34,649 nt of DNA from Nemertoderma westbladi (Eukaryota; Animalia; Xenacoelomorpha). Both the position numbers and the translations under genes were made by a program. Below the pieces are notes generated by a model. It was not told the DNA's origin, did no database searches, and saw only the letters and a program-made list of their open reading frames with translations. How positions within the stretch are numbered: position 1 is the first letter of the stretch; every line of letters starts with the position of its first letter. Below, in pieces: positions 24,131 through 34,649 of this stretch. The stretch covers positions 1-34,649 of the forward strand of contig JAUCBJ010000778.1 of the NCBI GenBank assembly GCA_032718475.1. The letters are read 5' to 3'.

Positions 24131-24521
24131 ATCTAGATGATAATTTTCACTATATTCTAGAAGACTCGCATAGTATTCCCTACGTGTAATGTCTGTGGAG
24201 TACATTTATGGATACTGATTTAGATTACCGATACCGATTACCGTTATAGGTTTAGCTGTACACATTGGTTAAATTTTCCCCAGCAATCATTATTTTCATA
24301 ATTTTTCAGGTGTTTAACAGTGTTTTTCATAAGCAACCCTTAGGTTTTACTGTTTTCTAGTGTTTTCAAACTTTATATTATACCATCAAAAGTTGACTGA
24401 CAGATTTGAATACAAATGGAATCCTGTGATGATTTAGAAGTTCTTACCAAAAATCTGCCTACAAAAACGACCCCTGTGGTTCGAAAGAACCTAATATCAC
24501 TCCAATCAACACAGTGAAAAA

Positions 24522-26151
24522 AACAAAAAGTGAAGAAACAGCATGATCAACTGCGAGGCATACAGTTCATTCAACCTAATTGGTTCGGACCACAGAATTG
24601 TGACTGCAGAGATCAGACTCAGTTTGAGAGCCAGCAAACCCAGGACAAGCAAGCAAATCAACTATGACTGGGAGAAACTCAGAACAGACAATGCTGTAAA
24701 GGATGCTTACACAGTAGAAGTTCAAAACCGCTTTGAAGCACTTCCGTCAATTGATGAAGACCAATCCAACGATTCAATATACCAGAATATAATAACAGCC
24801 CACAAGGAATCAGCTAATAGGCATATCCCCCAGAGACCCAAACGAAAACAGTATGTGCCATGGCAAAACTCTGAGGTTACTTGTAAGAGAGAAGATCTTA
24901 AGATAGCCTACAAAGTTAAAACCGAACAACCAACAACCGAAAACATTAACAAGGTTGAGAAAACTAAGGACGATCTTAAATTGGCCTACAACATCAGCCA
25001 GGAAAAGTACATACAGGATGAAATTGAAGCAATTACAACTGCCCACATACAGCAACAATCAAGACTTACCTGGCATACTGTAAATGAGGTATCTGGTCGG
25101 AAAAGTTGTGCAAAGGGGCGCCTCAAGCCGATAGTCCTGAAGAACGTGTTGGGAAGTGGAAAAATCACTTCAGCAACTTGCTTGGCAGCCATCAAACATC
25201 GAGGACAGCCCTACAAGGAAAATATATGACAAGACACTACCTATAGAAACAGGGGACTTCACACCTGCCGAACTCCAAAGAAGCATTAAAAGCATGTCCA
25301 ATAATAAAGCGAGTGGATTAGATGAAATCCCAGCGGAGGTATGGAAACCCGGAGTGCTAAACAGACCATTATTGAATGTTTGCAACCGGATGTTAAAAGG
25401 GGAAAAGCCAACACCAATTTGGACTAAGGGTCAACTAAAGCCTCTCCCCAAGAAAGGAGACCTCGGCATACCAACAAACTATCGTGGGATCTGTCTGCTT
25501 GTGGTAGCTGCCAAAATATACAATAAAATGATTCTCTATAGGATTAGGCCTTAGGAATTTAGGAATTAAGTAAAAGAATCTCCCCGCAGTCATGACTTTT
25601 GTGGACTTCACGAAGGCATTCGACTCCATCCGTAGAGGTAAAATGCTTGAAATCCTAAGAGCTTATGGAATACCAGAAGTAATTGTTGCTGGCATTGGAT
25701 TGTTATATTGTGACACAGACTCTCACCAGATGGTGAAACTGAGTTTTTCTCAATCCTGGCTGGCGTACTGCAAGGTGACACATTACTATTTGTAATTGTG
25801 CTGGATTACGCAATGAGGACGGCCACAAAGGGTGAAGATCTGGGATTTACACTTCAAGAACGCAGAAGTAGTAGATATCCGGCAACTACAGTCACAGATA
25901 CCGACTTTGCGGATGACATCGCCCTGCTCTCTAATACGCTAGCAGATGCACAGCTTCTACTAAATAAAGTGCTGCTAAGGAGGTTGGATTGCATATAAAT
26001 TCTACCAAGACCAAATTCATGACCTTTAAATGTTTATGGAAACTTGACAACCATTGATAATAATCAACTAAGGTAGGTCGACGACTTCCAGTACCTTGGA
26101 TCATGGATAGAGAGTAGCAAAAAGGACATAGAAGTTAGGAAAGCAAAGGCT
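24522..26151 (+). mobile_element. RTE-like non-LTR retrotransposon internal fragment (end of AP endonuclease to RT), frameshifted
   Basis: GSDHRIV, KASGLDEIPAEVWK, PLPKKGDL...NYRGICL, FVDFTKAFDSI, DTDFADDIALL across several broken ORFs. Confidence 0.95.
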
Positions 26152-26547
26152 CTATCAAATTTAGGATAAATTTAGGTGTTTTAACAACACAGAAATACCA
26201 TTAAGGGATCTCAAAATTCTTATTTGTTTAATAGAATCTGATGCACCAAAAAGGATGAGTATTTATTATTAGTTCAGAACTGAATAAGAAATCAACAAAA
26301 GTACCAGTTTATTATTATATATATTTATATTAATTTTATATATATTTTATATTTTATATATATATTTATTGTAATAATAACAGCCTATACGCAGCATTGT
26401 CATTTTATTTTATTAACTGAATCATCGCCTACGCTGTAAGAAGCCGTAGTTATTCAGCATTCGTTCAACATAAGCCTATTCAGTCAGTCAAATCAGCCCA
26501 GAATTCTAGTGCTCAATAATAAACGAAGGCATATAGGAAGAACATAA

Positions 26548-26550
26548 TTA

Positions 26551-26607
<57 letters not shown>

Positions 26608-26608
26608 A
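26548..26608. repeat. (TA)n microsatellite
   Basis: Direct reading. Confidence 0.95.
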
Positions 26609-26820
26609 ATTACAGAGAGAGCAATGGGGGCGTATTTGGCGTATTGAATTCATAATTGGACTACGATTTTTTAATTGACCAAACCAAAAAGAAACACATA
26701 AAACACAACAGTTCAAAGAGGATAAGTAGAGACACAATATTATATAGATAACAAATTACATACCGGTACTTGAAAAACCAGATAGGGTGGGAAACTGGAC
26801 GTAATAAAAATTCATCCCTC

Positions 26821-26945
26821 TCCAGGGGAAATTCGACGCAAATAACAGCTGATTATTCTCAAAAATAAAACTGTAACCTGTTCGACTGTGCTTAGTTTAT
26901 TGTTTTGGTTAAAATAACGTGCCACTGTAACCCGCTCCTTTCCCT
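26821..26945 (-). repeat. Short interspersed repeat with related copies at 14744-14761+15724-15812 and 29211-29300
   Basis: Reverse complement reads agggaaaggagcgggttacagtggcacgttattttaacc...ttacagttttatttttgagaataatcagctgttatttgcgtc...ccctgga, matching the other copies. Confidence 0.85.
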
Positions 26946-26983
26946 ACATAGAGAATTTAACATTGAGGCGGGATATTAATTCC

Positions 26984-27266
26984 GCCCATGTGAAGAATAC
27001 CAGGATTTCACTTTTCGGTCGACTTTTTATTGGAATTTTATATACGAAGATTTTTTATTTTTTTAATTTATCTTTATTAAGTGTTTTATAGAGCTTATTT
27101 CTGTCTTATAACCTGTACAAATGTACATATACTAATTCGTTTATTGTTTTGGTTATATTCAGCCCTTCTGTAACCTGTGTTTTTGGTGAAAACCTGGTAT
27201 TCTTCACGTGGGGGTAACTGCAAAGTGAAATATAGCGGCAGAAAGTCTGGTATTCTTCACATGGGC
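26984..27266. mobile_element. MITE-like element
   Basis: Perfect 20-bp inverted repeat GCCCATGTGAAGAATACCAG (26984-27003) / CTGGTATTCTTCACATGGGC (27247-27266); extra internal copy near 27193-27212. Confidence 0.7.
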
Positions 27267-27868
27267 CATTAATTCGCCAAGGCAGGTTTTGCGTCCAGCC
27301 CCCCCCCCCCCCCCCCCTGTCTCTGAAAAACATAATACGAATAAGAACTTTAGGTTTCGTTATGTATTTTTTAGTAACGTTAGCAGTAATGCCTTAAAAT
27401 GGGGTGTGACACAAGCTAGATTTAAATAAAAATATACAAATTAACGAATGATTAAAGGGAGCCATCCCGGTTCATTCCAAATTGAGACATCCCTAACCTG
27501 TTCCCCCACCCTCATAATTATTTAACTTAGTAATATGTGTGCACCTACCGTACTAATGAGTTTACTTGGAATTTATAAAAGGTTATAAATTTTTGTCCTC
27601 TTTTTTTGTCGGTTGCATCAAAAATACTACAACCCTAGGAATCATATGTATTCATTATACGCCTACAAAGAAACAAATAGTGTGACAGAAAAAATGTTAA
27701 TTTGACATGAAAAATATTGAAATTTCTGTTTCATTTATTCGACAGGCATTTTTAAATTTTTAAATGAACCAATAATCTGCAGTTTTTTAATACATTTTAT
27801 TCCGTATATTTATTTTGAAATTTCCGTATATTACGTCTGAATAAATGTACAATAAAATATGAACTCAC

Positions 27869-28014
27869 GACGTCTCAGTTTGATAGCATCTCCTCTCTCC
27901 AGGTTGCTGAACTTAGCTGGCCGACCCGCCGCACCACCGACAGCCAGTCGACGATCAGGCAACCCTCCCGTCTGTAGCACACGACGTCGGCGTTTTGGTA
28001 ACTTTTTACGGACA
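27869..28014 (-). CDS. KCNC: Shaw/Kv3-type K+ channel exon, proximal C-terminus
   Basis: ttttAG acceptor (28016-28015), donor C|GTGAGT (27868); VRKKLPKRRRRVL matches the Shaw post-S6 KLPKKRRRV motif; frame continuous with previous exon. Confidence 0.92.
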
Positions 28015-28570
28015 CTAAAATACACACAAATGTAAAACAAATAAAATGATAAACAAAACTTAAGGGAAAAAAAGTTCAAGATTTAACAAATACAATATTT
28101 AAAATTTCATAGTCCCGTTATGCATTGTATAGATGTCGGAAATAATGGATGCTTTGTCAGAACTGAGAGCCTTCAGCGAACTGTAATAAAATGGGCGTTC
28201 GTTTTCCAAATGTCTTGTGTGGGTCATGGTCAGTAGCCAATTAATTTTATTATGCTATCGTCTATGTAATGTGTTGGGCCATTTTAATTATTTTACTTGA
28301 TATTTTACTTAGATATATAACCGGCTTGACTGGATTTGAACGAAATGAAAATGAATTAATAATAACTACCATAGTATAATGAAAATGGTTAAAAAAGTAA
28401 AAAAAAATAAGTTTTTTTCGGTCGTTAGGCCAGGGATTGCGCACAAAGTCTGACGACTTAATTCCAGTGCGGTCCCCCCAGAACTATACTCCCCAGAGGA
28501 AATTCCAGTACTCATTTAGCTATCATTTAAGGATGCAACTTCGAATTGGTGCCGAAACGAAAACTGCCCT

Positions 28571-28644
28571 TGCCCCATGCGGGGATCGAACCCACGACCT
28601 CCAGGAGATGTGAATCCAATGCAACCACTACACAAAGGTGGAAC
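28571..28644 (-). mobile_element. tRNA-derived SINE-like head / tRNA pseudogene
   Basis: Minus strand has A-box-like TGTGTAGTGG and B-box GGTTCGATCCC (28592-28582) at tRNA spacing; acceptor and anticodon stems imperfect. Confidence 0.6.
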
Positions 28645-28841
28645 TTTCGCTGAGTTGGATGCATTTATGCTGCACGAAGAACCCACACTTGTACATAATT
28701 GCATGTCAAGTAGTAAATAATAAACATGTTTGGGTAATACAGTGTACACGAAATTGTATAGTATTTCCATTTCGGAAACAATACATTTTACATTAATACC
28801 GAAAGATATGAATTGGGAAGTGGGAAGAGTGTTAAACTCAC

Positions 28842-29006
28842 CGAACATGTTGGTAAAACATTGCGAAATTGGAAACAATAACCGGGACTGGCAGAGCCAA
28901 TGTGAGCACGCCTGTTACAGCGCATACAGAGCCGACTAACATCCCAGGGTAGGTTTTAGGAACAATATCACCGTAGCCAACAGTGGTCATTGTCGCAACA
29001 GCCCAC
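28842..29006 (-). CDS. KCNC: Shaw/Kv3-type K+ channel exon, pore helix, selectivity filter and S6
   Basis: [56 protein letters not shown]; acceptor tAG 29008-29007, donor CG|GTGAGT 28841; not in the ORF track. Confidence 0.98.
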
Positions 29007-29166
29007 CTACAAATCAAAATTTATTCATAATTATATGTCATTCTGTAGTTTATCCCAGCTTTTGTGCAGGTGTCCTTGGAATGTTGTATTTTTATGAATA
29101 ATTATCTTTGACTTATTAACGAGAGTGTAAAAACCCTACTGTATACTACTACGGTACTGTAGAACA

Positions 29167-29378
29167 GGGTAGGTGTAAAACGCGGATCCGGATACCAAAA
29201 TTATCAATTAAGGGAAAGGAGCAGGTTACAGTGGCACGTTATTTTAACCAAAACAATAAACTAAAGTCAAGAGAACAGGTTATAGTTTTATTTTTGGGAG
29301 TTATAAAAATGTAAAAAAATCGACTTCCGTAGATACAATGTTAAATGTAGAATCCGGATCCGCGTTTTACTCTGACCC
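29167..29378. mobile_element. MITE-like element (possibly Mutator-type) enclosing a copy of another repeat
   Basis: Inverted repeats GGGTaggtGTAAAACGCGGATCCGGAT / ATCCGGATCCGCGTTTTACtctgACCC; flanks tgtagaaca / tgtagaaaa resemble a 9-bp TSD (8/9). Confidence 0.7.
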
Positions 29379-29681
29379 TGTAGAAAAATCACTCGAAATA
29401 TTTCACTTTATTTTACATTGGTATCATTTGCTAATTTTAGAATGTTACTAAAGTAATATTGTAAGTAATGAAAATTCAAAAACACTACATGCTCATTACT
29501 TCACAAAATCAAGTTCATATATCATTGTTATTATGCTGTACTACTACTGTTACACCATATCATAGTAATAAAGTAATTAAATGACTTTATCAGAGGAAGA
29601 ACAACAATACGAGTAGTTATATTAATAATTAATTATCCATGTCTATGAATATATGGATAATATTTATTACATTTCACTCAC

Positions 29682-30244
29682 CAGAACCAATCTATAATGG
29701 AGAATAAGGGTTGCGATTGCCCGGGGGAGTCGATAAGCCGTTCCGCAAAGTAAATCAACGATGCGAAGATGACGACCGTGAAGATAAGGAAGAGGATGAG
29801 CATAAAGAGAACCCCGGCAGAGGTTCGGAGTGTGTGGATGAGGATCTTAAGTCCGGGGGAGTGGCGGGTGAGTTTAAATATCCGAAATATTCGGACTACG
29901 CTAAGAAACTCCAGAAGTTCACTAAGGTTTTCTTCTCTAACGTCGAAGGAATCTAGGATGACGTCTGTGTAGAAGAAACTCGTCGCGGCGAAGTCGATTA
30001 TATTAATAAAGTCTTTGATGAATTGCAACTTTGAGGGGCAGACTGTGAATCTGACGGCGATCTCGAATGTGAACCACCCGATACAGACGCACTCGAGGTA
30101 GTTGAAGATTTTTTTAACGAACTTTTCATCGGTACCGGTCGCGTTGCCTTGCCTATTGCTTTGATCTTTGAGCGTGGGCAGTGTGCCCAGACAAAATACA
30201 CTGATGGAGGTTATTATGCAAAGAACCGATACAATTGCGATGCA
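29682..30244 (-). CDS. KCNC: Shaw/Kv3-type K+ channel exon, S1-S5 and turret
   Basis: Acceptor ttttAG (30246-30245), donor TG|GTGAGT (29681). S1 ...SISVFCLGTLP, S2 LECVCIGWFTFE, S3 NIIDFAAT, S4 LEFLSVVRIFRIFKLTRHSPGLKIL (Shaw-like low charge), S5 ...IFASLIYFAER. Confidence 0.97.
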
Positions 30245-31844
30245 CTAAAATAAAATAATATAAAATATACAATTTTTATACGAAGTAGGTAAAAAGAACA
30301 GTAGAATATCAATTCAATTTGAATTTGATATACGTACAATTTGTAGCCCAAATGTATTTAGCAGTAAAACTGAAATAAGAGATAATGGTAAAATATGAAA
30401 AAGATGTTCATTTGTGATCCGACAAAAAGTCAATTCAACAGAAAATTGATCGAATAATGCCAATTGTAAAAAAAATAACCTAAAAAATGGAATTAAATTT
30501 TAGAAAATCTAATTAAATTGATTGATTGCAAAGGAATACTGCTAATTCATCTTGAAAATATGTCTGGATATTACCATCGACGGATGTGGCAAATAAATTA
30601 GATTGAAAAAAATGAATTAGATATTATTTCACGCCATGTAGATACAATTATATTTTAATATTTAATTATAAATGAGTGTTTAAATATAGTCAGTAATTTT
30701 GTTTCAGTAGTGCTACAATGGTTTAGGTGTTGATCATGCATTCTGCCCTTACCACCCGCATCGCAGATAACCTACCTATTCTTGAAATGAAAACCTATTC
30801 TTGGGATATACCGTTTCAGTATTTTGATATTGCATGTGTATGATATGATTCTGATACTGGTTGATCATTACCGATAATGAACAACCAGGAACTGTCACGT
30901 TTGTTGGAAAAAATATGTCACGAAAGCGGTCATATAACTAAGAAACATAAAATAATACGACATATTCTTGTTATCTTTCAATAAATATCCGTAATATATT
31001 CTACGGGGAATATGAATCCGAAACACTAAAGTAATGCTTTCTTTAAAATAATTGACCATTTACAATGATTATTTTAATATTTTTAAATGTTACCTGCACA
31101 TCAGCGCAGCGGGGTAAATTGTTTTATTTATTTATTTAAAAAATGTACGATAAAATAAAGTAACAAAATAAAGCCAATAAAAGCAAACAATATTATAAAA
31201 ATATAACTTATGAGTAAATAATACTGGTAAGGAAAGGTACTGGCTGGGGAGATGCACTCAATTCCGGTTATTGGCGAAGTTTCGGCAGTATTTACAATGA
31301 CAATCAGAGCCTTACTGTACTGTAATGGAAAGGTTTCAGGTCGCTGTAGTCCTGTAGAGCTTCCTGTTGAAGCCGTTGTCCTCGTGATAAGTGTCCGTTT
31401 TACTAAGCAACGATGTACTAAAACTCCAAATTGAATGATGTACTATATTGTCTCCCTCCAGTGATTATCTTTCCAAAGTCTGTGTAATCTATACAGTTCT
31501 AGAAAGTCAGGGCAAGCATTCAAGGATGTTCTAATTGTAGATCCTTTATGTAAGTGTTGCATCCAACTAATTGCATTATTGCTACAGTGGATGAACTGCC
31601 TTTGTTATGAAATGGTAGGTATGTGGCGTGGTAGGTATGTAACTGGTAACATGTAACATCGATAGTGACACCTTTTTCAAACGCTTGTAGGCCTACTGTA
31701 GCTAAAGAATGAATGCGAGAATAAAAATTCTGGCTCAAACAGGAAGGAGGAGAGATGAGTTCACTTGTTTGTAATCGTGGTTCCTTGATAAGGTGTCTTT
31801 ATAATTTTCGATTGCTTTTAGTTTCATTCGATTTTCGAGTACGA

Positions 31845-32039
31845 GTTGACGGCGTTGAATACTTTGATCCAATACAAATGCTGTTTCGATTATTGGAACT
31901 TTACCCTCCTTGCTCCTTTGGACAATTGCAAAAAAATCAGAACATTTACAAATAGCTTGGTCTAACAGAATGCTGTCCGAATAATTTTTGAATTCTTGGG
32001 ACTTTTGTTTAAACTTTGGTTCTTCTAATCGGTTTCCTC
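31845..32039 (-). pseudogene. Possible decayed DNA-transposase N-terminal fragment
   Basis: With frameshifts reads KFKQKSQEFKNYSDSILLDQAICKCSDFF/CNCPKEQ/KVPIIETAFVLDQ, similar to a CKC..CxC..KVP..E..FL.DQR motif I recall from invertebrate transposase-like proteins; superfamily not assigned. Confidence 0.4.
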
Positions 32040-33760
32040 CTACTACTACTACTAGGTCGAGCGAACTCGGATAGTGGAAATGAGATCCTTCCAGGCTTCC
32101 TGATTCTCCATAGTTGTCGCAATTTCGTTTCTCCCAAGTTCAGTATCCCTTTCAAGTGGATCTATGTTATGGCCGGTCGTCCACGACTACGCTTTCCATG
32201 AGTTGGTTGCCAGAAAAGTAGATCTGGTATGACCTCGTCTTTACTTCGCCAGCAGTGCCCACTGAATCTTAATCTGCGTTTACGGAGGGTGGTTGATAGA
32301 GGTGGTATTGTACCATAAAGCTCGGCGTTTGTCATGTGTTGTCTCCAGCTGATGTTTAGGGCTGCCCTTAGTAGTCTTGTGTAGCAACCATCAATTCGTT
32401 GTTCCAGTGATTTAGTCAGTGTCCAGGTCTCACCCCCGTATAAAAATACACTTTCCACTGTGGCTCGAAAGAACTTACATAGTCTTCAGGTGCCTGGAGA
32501 GATCTGATTTCCAGATGGTATCCATTTTTGATAGAGCTACCCAAGCCTTTGCTTTCCTAACTTCTATGTCCTTTTTGCTACTCTCTATCCATGATCCAAG
32601 GTACTGGAAGTCGTCGACCTTCCTTAGTTGAATATTGTCAATGGTTGTCAAGTTTCCATCATCATTAGAGGTCATGAATTCGGGCTTGGTAGCATTTATA
32701 TGCAATCCAACCTCCTTAGCAGCCCTCTCCACTTTATTTAGTAGAAGCTGTGCATCTGCTAGGATATTAGAGAGCAGGGCGATGTCATCCGCAAAGTCGG
32801 TGTCTGTGACTGTAGTTGCCAGATATCGACTACTTCTGCGTTCTTGAAGTGTGAATCCCAGATCTTCACCATTTGTGGCTGTCCTCATTGCGTAATCCAG
32901 CACAATTACAAACAGTAGTGGTGCTAATGTGTCACCTTGCAGTACCCCAGCCAGGATTGAGAAAAACTCAGTTTCACCATCTGGTGAGAGAACATGTGCT
33001 TCTGTGTCACAATATAACAATCCAATGCCAGCAACAATTACCATATTACCGTATTCCATAAGCTCTTAGGATTTCAAGCATTTTGCCTCTATGGATGGAG
33101 TCGAATGCCTTCTTGAAGTCCACAAAAGTCATGACTGCGGGGAGATTCTTCGACTTAATTCCTTCAATCAGTCTCCGTAGTTAGTGCAAGTATCTGAGCT
33201 ATTGTTGATCTACTTGGTCGAAATCCGTTTTGGCTCTTACGCAGTAGTTTCTCTATGTGACGCCTAATCATATATAGAATCATTATATTTTATATTTTGA
33301 CAGCTACCACAAGCAGACAGATCCCACGATAGTTTGTTGGTATACCGAGGTCTCTTTTCTTGGGGAGAGGCTTTAGTTGACCTTTAGTCCAAATTGGTGG
33401 TGGCTTTTCCCCTTTTAACATCCGGTTGCAAACATTCAGTAATGGTCTGTTTAGCACTCCTGTTTACCATACCTCCGCTGGGATTTCATCTAATCCACTC
33501 GCTTCATTATTGGACATGCTTTTAAAGTTTCTTTGGAGTTCGGCAGGTGTGAAGTCCCCTGTTTCTATAGGCAGTGTCTTGTCATATATTTTCCTTGTAG
33601 AGCTGACCTCGATGTTTGGTGGCTGCCCAAGCAAGTTGCTGAAGTGATTTTTCCACTTCCCAACACGTTCTTCAGGACTATCGGCTTTGTGGCACCCCTT
33701 TGCACAACTTTTCCGACCAGAAACCTACCTCATTTACAGTTTGCCAGGTAAGTCTTGATT
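32040..33760 (-). mobile_element. 5'-truncated RTE-like LINE with intact 3' end, frameshifted
   Basis: GVLQGDTLAPLLF, DFADDIALL, FQYLGS, ESVFLYGGETWTLT, LRFSGHCWR, GKRSRGRP; (TAG)5 tail at 32040-32054; same family as 24522-26151. Confidence 0.97.
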
Positions 33761-34008
33761 GTGGGGCGAGCGACGAAAGTAAGCGAGCTTAGCATACAGG
33801 TACCACTAACTCAATCGGTGTGTCTGTTGTTCTGTTGTTCTGTCGATCTGTTGTTCTGTCGTGTCCAATTTTAAACGTTAATAACTCAGCCAAATGTTAA
33901 TGAAATTTAACCAAACTTGGTACACATATAGTCTGGCCTAAGTTTAGAAATTTTCCAAGTTGAATTTTCGCGTGGCCTTCGAGAAGCTAGGATAATAGCA
34001 GTTAATTA
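33760..34008 (+). repeat. Interspersed repeat, copy 2 (same family as 18693-18908)
   Basis: Colinear similarity; longer internal TCTGT(TGT) microsatellite; abuts the truncated 5' end of the RTE. Confidence 0.8.
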
Positions 34009-34649
34009 GTTAATTAAGTTGATTAGGGTAACAACATCAATTTCAACCTGACTCCTTAAAGGATATTAATTATTTTCTAGTATAAGATTTAAATAATTAT
34101 ACTTAAAGTTATACAGCTGTAATCCCCATACAACATTCCATTATAGTTTTTAATTAGTTCAAGTGATTTGCTTTAATAAATGTGTCTTTAATTGATCAAA
34201 ACGTAATGAAGCGGCACAATTATTGAGTACAAATTCCTGCCCATTATTGGTCAACATAGTCTCTGCGGGGGTGGGTGTAGAGCTGCTAGCTGGCACCAGG
34301 GCAGAGGGGAATTGTACTGTAATAGGCAGCCAGTAGTATTGCTATAGCAACCCAGACATAACTCCAAACATACACTGCCTGTATTTCAATTCCTATTGAC
34401 TCTATACTATAAATGTTGTATTACTTACTATCTCAGGTGACAGATAATGACATAAATACTCATGGCTGTTGTAGGCTTATATCTGAAGTAGTATATTCCG
34501 CAATATATTTGTATGGTTATTTTTTAATTGAATTTTTGCAAAGTAGTAAAATTAATGTTCTTAAAAATAATATTATTATTTTATATATAACCTAGGAAAT
34601 TAGCTACATATTTTCGCTGCAGCTTTAAGAGTGTACATTGATTTAATAT

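Noticed and set aside
28571-28644. Functional tRNA gene
   Set aside because: Acceptor and anticodon stems do not pair cleanly; better read as a SINE head or pseudogene.
30245-34649. T1 exons of the main channel gene
   Set aside because: None recognised; the region is intron and repeats, so the gene's 5' end is presumably outside the window.

Overview
AT-rich, intron-containing animal (invertebrate-like) genomic DNA; not prokaryotic, no CRISPR or rRNA. On the minus strand: (i) a spliced Shaw/Kv3-type voltage-gated K+ channel gene whose S1-S5, pore-S6 and C-terminal exons can be assembled in frame (30244->14477; the T1 exons must lie beyond the window's right edge); (ii) a lone second Kv S1 exon at 7977-7836 that starts at the same codon position and phase as the first gene's S1 exon but has no recognisable T1 exon of its own upstream; (iii) the 5' part of a BEL/Pao LTR retrotransposon with an uninterrupted gag-protease ORF (3801->1, missing from the ORF track because it runs off the edge) and a long, repeat- and hairpin-rich leader. 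Introns hold RTE-type LINE fragments (two inverted pairs bracketing channel exons), several MITEs, a tRNA-derived SINE-like head and two minisatellites. All translations and alignments were done by eye; no database searches were run.
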